A stretch of 64,000 nt of DNA from Rickettsiales bacterium (lineage in GTDB: Bacteria > Pseudomonadota > Alphaproteobacteria > Rickettsiales > UBA6187): the NCBI GenBank assembly GCA_040507985.1, contig JBEVNR010000002.1, positions 71,538 to 135,537 of the forward strand. The letters run 5' to 3'. A program made the translations under genes and the position numbers. This document shows positions 1 to 10,049 of the stretch, piece by piece (position 1 is the first letter of the stretch; each line of letters begins with the position of its first letter). Under the pieces are notes generated by a model. That model worked only from the letters and a program-made list of their open reading frames with translations, made no database searches and was not told where the DNA came from.

Positions 1-1223
1 ATCACATCCGCAATCAGCTTAGTTGAAGCTTTGGTCACGCCTGCTTGCTCAGCAAATGCGGGCCAGTTGTTTACTGCGGCGCACACTTCATCAATAATGG
101 AGGCGGCGTCATTTTTTGGGACGCTAAATTTCTCGGCTAGTTTCAGCAAATGTTCTTTGCCGGGTGCGCGGCCTTCGCCCATTATGGTTGTGCTGTGTTC
201 GCCGCCGGGGCCGCCGGAGAAGGTAAGGTCATAGGCAGGCGCTACGCTCCAGTTGCCTTTGCTATCCATCAGAAAGCTGAAGTTTTTGGCATGGTCATCG
301 CGGTTATGCGCGAAGGCGTTGAACGCGGCCATATAGAGGATTTTTTCCACCTCCTGTACATTGCGCGTGAGCGTTAGTGTGGCACGCATGATGCTTTCAT
401 AATCGATGGAAGGCATGCGGTGCTCAGCGTGAAGCAAGCCGCAAATCGTGTGCATGTGCTGGCGAGTGCCGTCAATACGGTCAAAGCGCTGGACGCCGAA
501 ATAGCCATTGCCTTTTTTTGCCGGGAATAAATGCGTCGGCATCATTTCCAAACCCGCCGCGCGCGCCATCAGGCTATAGGCATATTCAATCGCGCCGATG
601 TCTTTTTGGTCGCTGCCGGAGGCAAATTTTACCATCCAATGGCTGTAACCTTTCGGCAATTCCTGCTGGCCGTGAATAATGCGCTTTTTATCTTTGCTAA
701 TGCCAACCATAATTTTAGGCCGCGCACCGGCGGACGAGCCAGATAATTCTAGCAATTCCGCAAACACATCACCGGATTCGCCTTCCAAAACTTCCTGCGC
801 TTCCGCTGCCAGTTTGTCCAACTGGATTGCTCCTTCTGCAGAAGATTTTTCACTCACATCCGGTTCATAAACCAGTGCGCCCATTCCGAACTGACTGACA
901 TGAGTAAGCCTATCCAGTGGTGTTAAAAGTTCTGGCGCAATACCATGGCCGCGCACTTGGCGGTCAAGCAGCAAACGCCCCCAACCATCAGGCAAGCTAT
1001 CATTAAACACGCCGAATAATCCTTCAAATACCACATCATCGCAAGGAATAGCGCCGGGCTTCACGGGCAATTTGAATGGAGAGATTTCGATTTTTCGATT
1101 TAGAAAATCCGGGTCATATTCAAAGTAAATGCGGCGATTGGATAGCGCGAGCCTTCCCAGCTTTTCTTTGCCTGCTCCAAAATCCAGGAATACATTTACG
1201 AGATTTACGGGTTGGTATTTCAT
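1..1223 (-). CDS. hipA: HipA-family serine/threonine kinase toxin (type II TA). The 3' end runs off the window.
   Basis: This ORF is not in the supplied track, so I translated the minus strand from the ATG at 1223..1221. It reads MKYQPVNLVNVFLDFGAGKEKLGRLALSNRRIYFEYD...LSGSSAGARPK...AFAHNRDDHAKNFSF...APAYDLTFS. These are HipA N- and C-terminal hallmarks (P-loop-like GSSAGARPK, catalytic D-x-H-x-K-N). The start overlaps the hipB stop as ATGA. GC is visibly lower than in the core genes. Confidence 0.85.
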   Translation of the reverse strand, partial: MKYQPVNLVNVFLDFGAGKEKLGRLALSNRRIYFEYDPDFLNRKIEISPFKLPVKPGAIPCDDVVFEGLFGVFNDSLPDGWGRLLLDRQVRGHGIAPELLTPLDRLTHVSQFGMGALVYEPDVSEKSSAEGAIQLDKLAAEAQEVLEGESGDVFAELLELSGSSAGARPKIMVGISKDKKRIIHGQQELPKGYSHWMVKFASGSDQKDIGAIEYAYSLMARAAGLEMMPTHLFPAKKGNGYFGVQRFDRIDGTRQHMHTICGLLHAEHRMPSIDYESIMRATLTLTRNVQEVEKILYMAAFNAFAHNRDDHAKNFSFLMDSKGNWSVAPAYDLTFSGGPGGEHSTTIMGEGRAPGKEHLLKLAEKFSVPKNDAASIIDEVCAAVNNWPAFAEQAGVTKASTKLIADV

Positions 1224-1549
1224 TTGATATTCCCCCGTTTGCGAAGCTTAGGTTCCTTCAACAACTCATCTAGTGAAAGCGTGGGGGCATTAGCAGCAAA
1301 TAGCTTTTCAAATTCATCAGAAGCGTGAAGCGCAATTGCAAGCTTGAGCAAAGATTCCAGCGCAATCTTCCCGCTACGCTCAAATAATTTGATTGTTCCC
1401 AAACTCACGCCAGAACGATGCGCCAGCCCTTCCTGCGTTAAATTCATAGCCAATCGCTTGGCTTTAACCTTAGCGGCAATGTCTAAAATGAGTTCTTGAG
1501 AGGTTCTTATCATGGATATTATTATATCTACAAATGAGTTAAAAGTCAA
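1220..1549 (-). CDS. hipB: XRE-family HTH antitoxin (HipB-like)
   Basis: The 109-aa ORF contains KAKRLAMNLTQEGLAHRSGVSLGTIKLFERSG, a classic XRE helix-turn-helix. It has a 4-nt overlap with the hipA start. The track start at 1549 is TTG. An ATG at 1513 (MIRTSQEL...) is a plausible alternative start. Confidence 0.8.
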   Translation of the reverse strand: MTFNSFVDIIISMIRTSQELILDIAAKVKAKRLAMNLTQEGLAHRSGVSLGTIKLFERSGKIALESLLKLAIALHASDEFEKLFAANAPTLSLDELLKEPKLRKRGNIK

Positions 1550-1550
1550 T

Positions 1551-1574
1551 TAATAGATAGTATATTGTCTATTA
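1551..1574. promoter_or_regulatory. Candidate hipBA operator palindrome
   Basis: The sequence is TAATAGAtagtatattgTCTATTA, with perfect 7-bp inverted arms separated by 10 bp. It sits immediately upstream of hipB in an AT-rich, promoter-like stretch. HipB repressors are known to bind palindromic operators. Confidence 0.35.
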
Positions 1575-1726
1575 TGCAGGTGCTCAATCATCTACAAAAC
1601 CCTGCGCTGTGAACTTATAGACCGGCGCGGAGCCTTTACCAGCCTTGCTGATTTGGCATTGCTAATTTAGCATTGATATGATACGGAGGCGTTTGATAAG
1701 GTGATTTAATTGAATCGGAGGTTGTC

Positions 1727-1879
1727 GTGGATTGCCCGAAATGCGGAAGCGAGTTTTATTGCAAGGACGGAACGAACGGGGGCCGCCAACGCTATTTATG
1801 CAAGGGTTGCGCGTATCGGCACACGACGGAGAAGCGCGCGGGCACGGCGGACGCGGCGACGAAGCGGCAGATGAGTTGA
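1727..1879 (+). mobile_element. IS1-family transposase remnant; only the InsA-like zinc-finger N-terminus is left
   Basis: A GTG-initiated 50-aa ORF reads VDCPKCGSEFYCKDGTNGGRQRYLCKGCAYRHTTEKRAG.... The pattern CPxC...G(x)QRYLCxxC matches the IS1 InsA zinc finger. No HTH or DDE part follows, and I saw no terminal inverted repeats. Confidence 0.5.
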
Positions 1880-2770
1880 AACGACGGCATATTTTTATCA
1901 TACGCATGCCGCCCGAAAACCATGTCCGGCGCAATCGGCGCGACAGCTGGCGCGGCACACCTCCGTTGACGCCATCAAAAGCGCCGAAGCGCTTAAGGAT
2001 GTGGACATATACCCGCCTATGCGCCATGATTTCGCCAACGCCGCCGCCTCCAACGGCGATTTTATTGACGATTTTTCCGCCAAACTCGCCAATGCCGACG
2101 TGCCCGACGTTCTGTCCTTGCCCAAATACGGCATGGAAGCAGCAGAGGAAATCGCCAAACCCTCCATTCTGCGCGCCGCGTTCGACGCCGCCGCGTCGAC
2201 ACCGGAGGTCGCCGCGAAATTCGGCGGCAAGGCGGTTAAAGTCGTTCCCGTCGCCGGAACGCTGATCGGGCTGGGCATGAACCATGCCGAAGCGGGAGGG
2301 CTGGAACAGAAAATGTACGACGCCGTAGAGCGCGGCGACATGCCGATAGGCGCAGTGCAGGATTACGCCGCGATATTGGCCGGACATACGGCGACAGGCG
2401 CCGACGCCGGCATCTTTTTGGGCGAAGGCGCGGTGCGGCACGAATTCGAGAACTGGGCGACCAAATACGGCATTGTGACGCCGCCACCCGCGAAGAGCTG
2501 CGCCCGTCCTCACTGGCAATCATGCTTGCCCACGGCGCACAAAACACCGCCGAAGTCGCGTCCTCTAGCGCGCAAAAAGCAGGCAAAGGCGCGATCATCC
2601 TTGCGGATAACACAATGCGCGGCGCTAATACCGCGCTTGATTGGGCAAACGGCGATCTGGCGGCGCGGGAGGAAATCTACGCCCGTTTGCCGACATTGGA
2701 CATCCGAGAAGCCAAACGACGCAAGTTTCTCGTTGAACTGGATTCCCCCTGCGTTGGAATAATAACGAAA
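1875..2770 (+). pseudogene. Frameshifted remnant of an unknown protein-coding gene
   Basis: One frame is open from 1875 and reads ...DFIDDFSAKLANADVPDVLSLPKYGMEAAEEIAKPSILRAAFDAA...AVRHEFENWATKYGIV. It decays near 2470-2520. A protein-like continuation appears in another frame (LAIMLAHGAQNTAEVASSSAQKAGKGAIILADNTMRGANTALDWANGDLAAREEIYARL...). There is no proper start and no clean stop before the AT-rich spacer. I did not recognise a family. Confidence 0.35.
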
Positions 2771-2855
2771 ATAAATCCACATTTATCAGTAATAAATTTA
2801 TTAAAAAAATTCCTAGTTACAATTAATGTTTTTCTCCTGATCGCGTCAATTCCGG

Positions 2856-3884
2856 CTATTGAAACGCGTCCGCCAACACGCCGACGCCGACGCCGAAATA
2901 ATCGGACCTGTTCCACTTCATTAACGTCTCGAAATTGTCGTAGACCAAATAATAGCGTCCCTCGTTTTTTGAGGGTTGAATGAGGCGCGCGGAAAATCCG
3001 GGGACGTTCGGCAAGGGCGAGCCGTCTTTATTGGTTACGCCGGCGTCCGTCCATTCGGCCAGCGATTTCTGCGTTTTTTGTTTCACGACGCCATCGGGAA
3101 CGGGGCGGGAAAGGCGCACCTCCCTTCCCCAATTATGCGCGTCGTTCCACCCGGATTTATGTAAATAATTGGCGACGGAGCCGAATACGTCGGCCGGGGT
3201 ATTCCAGATGTCCCGTCTTCCGTCGCCGTTTTCGTCTACCGACAGGCCAAGGAAGCTAGACGGCATAAACTGCGTTTGGCCAAGCGCGCCGGCCCAGGAC
3301 CCTTTAAATTGCTCCGGCGTCGTATGGCCGGCGTTTAATATGGTCAGCGCGCGAAAAAGCTCGTCGGTGAAGAATTTTTCCCGCCTACCGTCGAAGGCCA
3401 GGGTGGAAAGCGCGTCGATCACGTTAAACCCGCCCATGTTCCGCCCGAAATCGCTTTCCGTCGCCCACAGCGCCACGATAAAACGTTTTTGCACCCCGTA
3501 TTTGTGCTCTATGCGATTTAGGAGTCCTTCATGCTCGCGTATCAGGCGCCGTCCGCGCTCGATGCGTTGCCGGGGCGCGATGCGGTCAAGATATTGGGTA
3601 AGGGTAAGCGTGCCGTGGGGTTGGGCGCGATCAAGCTCCACCACGCGCGGCAAGTATTGCGCTTTAGCCACCGTCTTTGCCACTATGTTGGCGTCGACGC
3701 CGCGTGCGCGCGCCTGTTTCGCCGTTTTGTCGCGCCACGCGTTGAATCCTGCCGGCGTCGCGTCTTGAGCGAAAGTGTCCGCAGCGACGAAAATCGCCAA
3801 CAAGACAATCGCAAGCGCCGCAGTGATAACGTTTTTAGGATGGCGCAATAGTCCCGCCCGGTTCGTTTTCCGCCCTTTGATCAT
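2856..3884 (-). CDS. mltB: Lytic murein transglycosylase (MltB/SLT_2 type) with an N-terminal signal anchor
   Basis: The 342-aa product contains ALWATESDFGRNMG...GSWAGALGQTQFMPSSF...DGDGRRDIW...ANYLHKSGW, the signature blocks of the family. The catalytic Glu lies in the ES motif. Confidence 0.85.
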   Translation of the reverse strand: MIKGRKTNRAGLLRHPKNVITAALAIVLLAIFVAADTFAQDATPAGFNAWRDKTAKQARARGVDANIVAKTVAKAQYLPRVVELDRAQPHGTLTLTQYLDRIAPRQRIERGRRLIREHEGLLNRIEHKYGVQKRFIVALWATESDFGRNMGGFNVIDALSTLAFDGRREKFFTDELFRALTILNAGHTTPEQFKGSWAGALGQTQFMPSSFLGLSVDENGDGRRDIWNTPADVFGSVANYLHKSGWNDAHNWGREVRLSRPVPDGVVKQKTQKSLAEWTDAGVTNKDGSPLPNVPGFSARLIQPSKNEGRYYLVYDNFETLMKWNRSDYFGVGVGVLADAFQ

Positions 3885-4010
3885 ATTTCACGCTCCTTCA
3901 ACAATGGCGATTAGCGAATACATAGCTCAACGCAGCTAAAATAACGAATTAAGCGCAGCGCCACAAGAGGTTAGTGTAACGAACGCAAAAGAGCTTAGTT
4001 ATTTACCGAC

Positions 4011-6389
4011 CTACGCCCGCAGCGCGGCGCCGCATTTTTCCGCCGCCGCCGTCACGGCGGACGATATGCGTTGCAGATCGTCGTCGGTCAGCACTTTATG
4101 TTGCGGACGGATTCTTACCGCCACCGCCACAGATTTTTTCCCCTCGCCTACGTTTTCGCCGCGATACACGTCGAAGACGCGCACGCTTTCGACGTTTTCC
4201 TTGTCCGCCTTGCCGATGCGGCGCGTGAGCTCCCCGATCTCAATTTTTTCGTCCATAACGAAGCAAAAATCGCGATCCGACGCCTGATAGGGCGACAAAT
4301 ACAAGGGCGGGCGCGCCGCCTTTCCTTTTTTTTGCTGAACGGGAAGCGCGTCGATATATATTTCGCACGCCGCGACGCGCTCCTTCACGCCTTCGCCGGC
4401 GCATAGGCGGGGATGCATCTCCCCGAATACGCCCAAAAGCGTTTTGCCTAAATACACGCTCGCACTTCTGCCCGGCCACAAATAAGACGGCGCGGAAGAA
4501 TCGATGCGGCATGATTCTTCCTTTACGCCACATTCCGACAAAACGGAAAAGAAATCGCGCTTGGCGTCGAACGTGGTGCATTCCGGACGGACAAGCTCTC
4601 CGGGCGCGGCCTCCCGCCTGCCCACGCGGATCGACGCTGCCGCCTTACGTTGGTCGGCCGGCGACGTACCGAAAAAAATCGTCCCGGTTTCGCACAATCC
4701 GAAATCCGAAAGGCGACGTCCGGCGTTTTCCGCAACGGTACGCAGCAAGTTCGGCAATAAAGACGGACGCATATGCCGCCATTCCTGCGAAATCGGGTTG
4801 CCGATCGTCACCATGTTGCTAAAACCGAACGCCTCTTTCTGCGCGTCCGAGATAAACGACCAGCACAACGCCTCGCGCAATCCGCGTCCCAATAACGCGA
4901 ACGTCGCCTTGGCCGTCGCGGCGGCAAGCGGGTGCGGCGCCGGCGCCGTTGAGACGGGAGGAAGCAGCGTTTCGGGTATGGCGTCGTACCCCACGATACG
5001 CGCAACTTCCTCGACCAAATCGGCTTCGCACGTCACGTCGTGGCGCCAGCTTGGGGGAACATACCCCGCCGCGTCGCTTGCGGGAAAAAAACCCAGCTTG
5101 CGCAAGATTGCGTCCGCGTCGACGTCGGATATGTCCATACCCGTCAGGCGCTTCACCGCCCCGGCGCGGAACGGCGCGGCCTCCCGGCGCAACGTATTGC
5201 CGCGCACGGCTTTGATCGGACGAGAGAGGTGGCCTCCGCAATGTGCAGCGATTCTGCCGGCAAGAATGCGAAGGGCGGTTTCGGCGAAATCGGCGTCGAC
5301 GCCGCGCTCGAAGCGCTTGCGCGATTCCGTATGCATATTCAGAAGGCGCCCCGTCTTGGCCACGCTTGGCGCGTCGAACAGCGCGATTTCCACGAAAACA
5401 TTGCGCGTGGTCGGCATGCAGCCGCTTGCCGCTCCGCCGATAATTCCCCCGACGGCGTGCACGCCTTTGGAGTCCGCGACGACGGTCGCGCATGCAGGAA
5501 GACGGTAGACGGCGCCGTCCAAGGCGGTAAACGATTCCTCCGGCACGGCGAGACGAACGCAGAGATCGCCTTGTAACGTATCGGCGTCGAAGACGTGCGC
5601 CGGGCGTCCGAATTCGTGCAACAGGTAATTCGTGAGATCGACCGCCGGCGAAATGCTGCGTTGCCCTATCGCCCGCAATCGCCGCGCCATGGAGAAGGGA
5701 AGCGCGCCGGAGTTATCGACGTTTTTTACATAGCATCCGTAGAAGGCGCCACACGCCGAATCCGGCGCAATCGAGACGGCAATCGGCGCATCGAAATGTC
5801 CTTTTATCTCCGTGGCGGAAACGGGTTTCAGCGTGCCCAATCCCGCCGCCGCGAGGTCGCGCGCAATGCCGTAAACGCCGAAACAATCGCCCCTGTTGGG
5901 GGTCAGCCCGATTTCAACCACGACGTCGCTTAGTCCGAGCGCGTCGGCCAAAGGCGATCCGACGACGGCTGTTGCCGGCAATTCGATAATGCCCTCGCCG
6001 TCTTCTCCCAGTCCGAGTTCCGCGCCGGAGCACAGCATGCCGCAGCTTTCCTCGCCGCGAATTTTTGAGCGTTTAATCGTTATGCCGCTGGCCGGCACCG
6101 TCACGCCCACCGGCGCCAAGGCGACCTTTATGCCGGCGCGGGCGTTGGGCGCGCCGCAGACGACGTCTAATATTTCGCTTCCGTTATCGACCTTGCACAC
6201 GCGCAGCCGGTCGGCTTGCGGGTGCGGCTTGGCGTCGACGATCCCGGCAACGACGAAGCCTTGCAGCAAAGCGCCCGGCGACGCGACCGACTCCACCTCC
6301 AGCCCTATGGCGGTGAGCTTTTCGATAAGCGCCTCGTCGGAAGCGTCGCCCTCTAAAAATTCACGCAGCCATTCTAGGGTAAATTTCAT
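4011..6389 (-). CDS. pheT: Phenylalanine--tRNA ligase beta subunit
   Basis: The 792-aa product begins MKFTLEWLREFL.... It has a tRNA-binding domain (HPQADRLRVCKVD), B3/4 and B5 regions, and a C-terminal anticodon-binding-like domain (SVAVAVRIRPQHKVLTDDDL). Confidence 0.95.
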   Translation of the reverse strand: MKFTLEWLREFLEGDASDEALIEKLTAIGLEVESVASPGALLQGFVVAGIVDAKPHPQADRLRVCKVDNGSEILDVVCGAPNARAGIKVALAPVGVTVPASGITIKRSKIRGEESCGMLCSGAELGLGEDGEGIIELPATAVVGSPLADALGLSDVVVEIGLTPNRGDCFGVYGIARDLAAAGLGTLKPVSATEIKGHFDAPIAVSIAPDSACGAFYGCYVKNVDNSGALPFSMARRLRAIGQRSISPAVDLTNYLLHEFGRPAHVFDADTLQGDLCVRLAVPEESFTALDGAVYRLPACATVVADSKGVHAVGGIIGGAASGCMPTTRNVFVEIALFDAPSVAKTGRLLNMHTESRKRFERGVDADFAETALRILAGRIAAHCGGHLSRPIKAVRGNTLRREAAPFRAGAVKRLTGMDISDVDADAILRKLGFFPASDAAGYVPPSWRHDVTCEADLVEEVARIVGYDAIPETLLPPVSTAPAPHPLAAATAKATFALLGRGLREALCWSFISDAQKEAFGFSNMVTIGNPISQEWRHMRPSLLPNLLRTVAENAGRRLSDFGLCETGTIFFGTSPADQRKAAASIRVGRREAAPGELVRPECTTFDAKRDFFSVLSECGVKEESCRIDSSAPSYLWPGRSASVYLGKTLLGVFGEMHPRLCAGEGVKERVAACEIYIDALPVQQKKGKAARPPLYLSPYQASDRDFCFVMDEKIEIGELTRRIGKADKENVESVRVFDVYRGENVGEGKKSVAVAVRIRPQHKVLTDDDLQRISSAVTAAAEKCGAALRA

Positions 6390-6521
6390 TGCGTTGCCGT
6401 CATTGGTTTGTTTCGTTCATATAATCGTTTTCGGTCCGGACCAGCTTTATCGCAAGGGGGAAAAAACTTCAAGGCATTTAGTGGTATTATTGTACGTCAG
6501 GTGAAGAACTTACTCTTCATT

Positions 6522-7274
6522 CTATTTTTTCACCGCGAGCAAAAGAAACTCCGCGTTGCCCTTGCGTCCGGCGACGGGGCTGCGGCACATCGCGAGCGGC
6601 GTTAAAGCTTGCGATACTGCCCAGTCGCATATCTCCAGGCACGTTTTTTTATGGACGGAAACGTCGCGAATGACGCCGCCTCCGGCGTTGCTCGCCTCTC
6701 TATCCGCCTCAAACTGGGGTTTAATAAGCGCCACCAGCAACCCTCCCTGGCGCAGCATGGCAATCGCGGGAGGAAGGGCGAGCGTGAGGCTGATGAAACT
6801 CACGTCGCATACGATGATATCGAACGCGGAGTTGTTTACGCGTTCCGGCGTTAAATGCCGGGCGTTGGTGCGTTCCACGGGAACCACGCGCGGGTCGCTG
6901 CGCACCTTCCACGCCAATTCGCCGTAACCGACGTCGACGGCATAGACGCGCCCGACGCCGTAATGCAGCAATACGTCGGTAAATCCTCCGGTGGAGGCGC
7001 CCACGTCCATCGCAACCATGTCTTTTAGGTTCAGCCCGAAGGCACGCACGGCGAAATCGAGCTTAAATCCTCCCCGAGACGCCCACGGACAGGCGATTGC
7101 GCCGGATTTCAACGCCACGGCGTCGGTTGTTTTTACCTGCGCCCCCGTCGATGCGACGGGCGTTCCGTTCACCAATACGTCTCCCCGGAGAATAAGGCCC
7201 ACGGCCTCGCGAAGGTCGCCTGCCAGCCCGTCGTCGCACAGGCGTGCGTCAAGCCGCGTTTTTTTAGGCGCCAT
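6522..7274 (-). CDS. tlyA: TlyA-family rRNA (cytidine-2'-O)-methyltransferase
   Basis: The 250-aa product has an S4-like N-terminus (RLDARLCDDGLA...REAVGLILRGDVLVNG) and an FtsJ-type SAM motif (DVGASTGGFTDVLL). Confidence 0.9.
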   Translation of the reverse strand: MAPKKTRLDARLCDDGLAGDLREAVGLILRGDVLVNGTPVASTGAQVKTTDAVALKSGAIACPWASRGGFKLDFAVRAFGLNLKDMVAMDVGASTGGFTDVLLHYGVGRVYAVDVGYGELAWKVRSDPRVVPVERTNARHLTPERVNNSAFDIIVCDVSFISLTLALPPAIAMLRQGGLLVALIKPQFEADREASNAGGGVIRDVSVHKKTCLEICDWAVSQALTPLAMCRSPVAGRKGNAEFLLLAVKK

Positions 7275-7281
7275 GACCTAA

Positions 7282-9300
7282 TTAAAATCCCAGGCTTTTT
7301 AGCAACGATTTGGATATCTTCTCCGCCGTGACGCCAAAATGTGCGTAGACGTCTTCAAACGGGCCGGAGGCACCGAACGTTTCGATGCAAAAGAAGTCGG
7401 CGTCCTTCCGAACGAATCGGCGCCACGGGATGCTGACGCCGGCCTCGACGACGGCGTGGCGCGCTCCTTCGGGCAACAGGGAGTCGATATATTCTTGCCC
7501 TTGTTTTTCAAATAATTCGGTGCAGGGAACGGAAAGCACGCGCACCGCGCAGCGTTCCTCCATTTTTTTCGCCGCCTCTATGGCGATTGACACTTCCGAG
7601 CCGGAGGCGGCGATCACGACGTCGGGATGTGCGCCGGAGGCGTAGGCGACGTACGCCCCGCGCGCCGACATGTTTTCCTGCGTTTTGGCCTCGCGAAGAT
7701 ACGGCAATTTTTGCCGAGACAAGGCCAGCAGCGACGGCGCTTCCTCCGATTGCAGGGCCAGCTCCCAACATTCCGCCGTCTCCATCGCGTCGGCGGGGCG
7801 AAACACGAACAGATTGGGAATCGCCCGCAGCGCGGCCAAATGCTCTATCGGTTGGTGGGTCGGGCCGTCCTCTCCCAGCCCGATGGAGTCGTGCGTCATG
7901 ACGTAGATGACGCGCAGCTTCATCAAGGCCGAAAGACGGATGGACGGGCGACAATAATCGCTGAACGCCAGAAACGTTCCGCCGTAGGGAATAAATCCGC
8001 CATACAGGGCCATGCCGTTCATGGCGGCGGCCATTGCGTGCTCGCGAATGCCGTAATACACGTAGCGCCCTTTAAAATCGGTGGCGGAAACGGGCGTCAT
8101 GTCGGCGGTTTTGGTTAAGTTCGATCCGGTGAGGTCGGCGCTTCCTCCGATAAGCTGCGGCGCGACGGGCGACAGGGCGTTCAGTAATTTTTCCGACGCC
8201 TGGCGCGTGGCCAAGGCCGGACGCTCGTGCGCCAGGGAATGCTTGAAGGCGTCCAGCGCGCGCATGGCCGCTTCCGGCAGACCTTTTCGGCATAAAAACG
8301 CGTCGGCGCGGCGACGCTCGTCTTCGGGCAAGGCGTCGTAGCGTTTTTTCCATTCTCCGGCAGCGTTCGGATGCGCGCGTGCGCGCCAGCAATCGTACAC
8401 CTCTTTTTCAAAGGCGAAGGCCGCGCCCTTGCGTCCGAGCGTTTCGCGTAAATGGGCGATTTCTTCGTCGCCCAGCGGTGAACCGTGGCATTTTTCGGTG
8501 CCGGCCTTGTGTTTCGTACCGTACCCGATGATGGTTTTGAAGGCGATAAGGGTCGGCTTGTCGTGCGTTTGCGCCTTTTCCAGCGCGGCGTAAATAGAGG
8601 CGACGTCGTGGCCGTCCGCTTTCAGCGCCTCCCATCCGCAGGCGCGAAAGCGCATGGCGGCGTCTTCCGAGGTGGAGAGCGAGGTTTTACCGTCGATGGT
8701 AATGCCGTTATCGTCGAACAAGACGATAAGGTTTTTCAGCCGCAGATGCCCCGCCAGCGAAATCGCCTCCTGGCTGATGCCCTCCATCAGGCATCCGTCT
8801 CCGGCCAGGACGTAGGTTTTATGGCAGATGACGTCGTCGCCCAACCGGGCGTTGGCCATGCGTTCCGCAAGGGCGAAGCCGACGGCGTTGGCCAGGCCTT
8901 GCCCTAGCGGTCCGGTGGTGGTTTCAATGCCCGGCGCCTCGCCGTATTCGGGATGGCCGGCGGCGGGGGAACCGATTTTTCTAAAATTTTTGATGTGTTC
9001 CATCGTCATGCCCTCGTACCCCGCGAAATGCAAGGCGGCATAAAGCAACATTGAGCCGTGGCCGGCGGAGAGCACGAAGCGGTCGCGGTTCGGCCATTCG
9101 GGAGAGGACGGATCGTACCGAAGGAAATACCTGAAAAGCGTCGCCGCGACGTCGGCCATGCCGAGCGGCAAGCCGGGATGGCCGGAATTGGCGCGCTCCA
9201 CCGCGTCGGCGGAAAGCACGCGCAGGGCGTCCGCCATGGTTTTTATCGCGCGTTTGTCAAAGGAAGGAGGAGCGTTGTCGGCGGCAAGAGTGGAAGGCAC
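7282..9300 (-). CDS. tkt: Transketolase
   Basis: The 672-aa product contains SGHPGLPLGMADVA, GDGCLMEGIS (TPP motif) and HDSIGLGEDGPTHQPIEHLA. Confidence 0.95.
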   Translation of the reverse strand: MPSTLAADNAPPSFDKRAIKTMADALRVLSADAVERANSGHPGLPLGMADVAATLFRYFLRYDPSSPEWPNRDRFVLSAGHGSMLLYAALHFAGYEGMTMEHIKNFRKIGSPAAGHPEYGEAPGIETTTGPLGQGLANAVGFALAERMANARLGDDVICHKTYVLAGDGCLMEGISQEAISLAGHLRLKNLIVLFDDNGITIDGKTSLSTSEDAAMRFRACGWEALKADGHDVASIYAALEKAQTHDKPTLIAFKTIIGYGTKHKAGTEKCHGSPLGDEEIAHLRETLGRKGAAFAFEKEVYDCWRARAHPNAAGEWKKRYDALPEDERRRADAFLCRKGLPEAAMRALDAFKHSLAHERPALATRQASEKLLNALSPVAPQLIGGSADLTGSNLTKTADMTPVSATDFKGRYVYYGIREHAMAAAMNGMALYGGFIPYGGTFLAFSDYCRPSIRLSALMKLRVIYVMTHDSIGLGEDGPTHQPIEHLAALRAIPNLFVFRPADAMETAECWELALQSEEAPSLLALSRQKLPYLREAKTQENMSARGAYVAYASGAHPDVVIAASGSEVSIAIEAAKKMEERCAVRVLSVPCTELFEKQGQEYIDSLLPEGARHAVVEAGVSIPWRRFVRKDADFFCIETFGASGPFEDVYAHFGVTAEKISKSLLKSLGF

Positions 9301-9516
9301 AAGAATTTCCCTGCGAACTTATTAAGACGTCTTGCCGCTTATACTCCATCGCGCTTTTCCCGGCAAGAGCGCACAAAGGGAAGGAGCGCATAAAATCATC
9401 TCGTTTTTCGCGTAATTCCTATGCTCATCTGTTTTGAGCGTTGGCGGACGCCTATTGCATCGCCTGCGCCTAATGGCTATAGTGTGGTTTTTCGCATGTA
9501 GTGACGGGGAAAACGC

Positions 9517-10041
9517 ATGACACACTATGCCGAACAGCGCTCGCGGGCGGATCGGGCGGCGCGACGCTTGTCCGATTTGCTGCGGCAAACCCGTTCCCGC
9601 GTCGCCACGGCGGAATCGTGCACCGGAGGGTTGCTGGCGTCGGCCTTCGTCGATCTGCCCGGGGCGTCGGACGTGTTCGAGCGAGGTTTCGTCACCTATT
9701 CCAACGCGGCTAAAGTGGAATTATTAACGGTGCCGACCTATTACATAGACCGTTTCGGCGCGGTGAGCAAGGAAACGGCGGCGGCGATGGCCGAAGGAGC
9801 GACGCTGGCGGCGCAAGCGACGGTGGGCGTGTCCGTCACCGGAATCGCGGGGCCGGAAGGCGGAAGCGACGAGAAACCGGTGGGGTTGGTGTATGTCGGT
9901 TTCGCGATTCGCAACAAAGAAAAGTTGACGGCGACGGAAAAATTTTTCTTTAGCGGCGATCGAACGGAAATACGGCTGCAAACCGTGGCGGCGGCATTGG
10001 AGACGACCTACCGCCGCCTTTCCGAAACCGCGCGTGGATAA
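9517..10041 (+). CDS. pncC: CinA C-terminal domain protein / nicotinamide-nucleotide amidohydrolase
   Basis: The 174-aa product contains VATAESCTGGLLA...GFVTYSNAAK...VSVTGIAGPEGG...PVGLVYVG. Confidence 0.85.
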   Translation: MTHYAEQRSRADRAARRLSDLLRQTRSRVATAESCTGGLLASAFVDLPGASDVFERGFVTYSNAAKVELLTVPTYYIDRFGAVSKETAAAMAEGATLAAQATVGVSVTGIAGPEGGSDEKPVGLVYVGFAIRNKEKLTATEKFFFSGDRTEIRLQTVAAALETTYRRLSETARG

Positions 10042-10049
10042 AACGAATT

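Noticed and set aside
1662-2519. A 285-aa minus-strand ORF, and several other long ORFs antisense to or out of frame with confident genes (for example 4819-5493 -, 10443-11039 -, 21740-22336 +, 51021-51752 -, 52485-53216 -, 54560-55504 -, 60306-60944 -, 62926-63672 -).
   Set aside because: They are Arg/Ala/Gly/Pro-rich shadow ORFs of the kind generated by high GC content. They overlap genes with clear family signatures and show no recognisable motifs.
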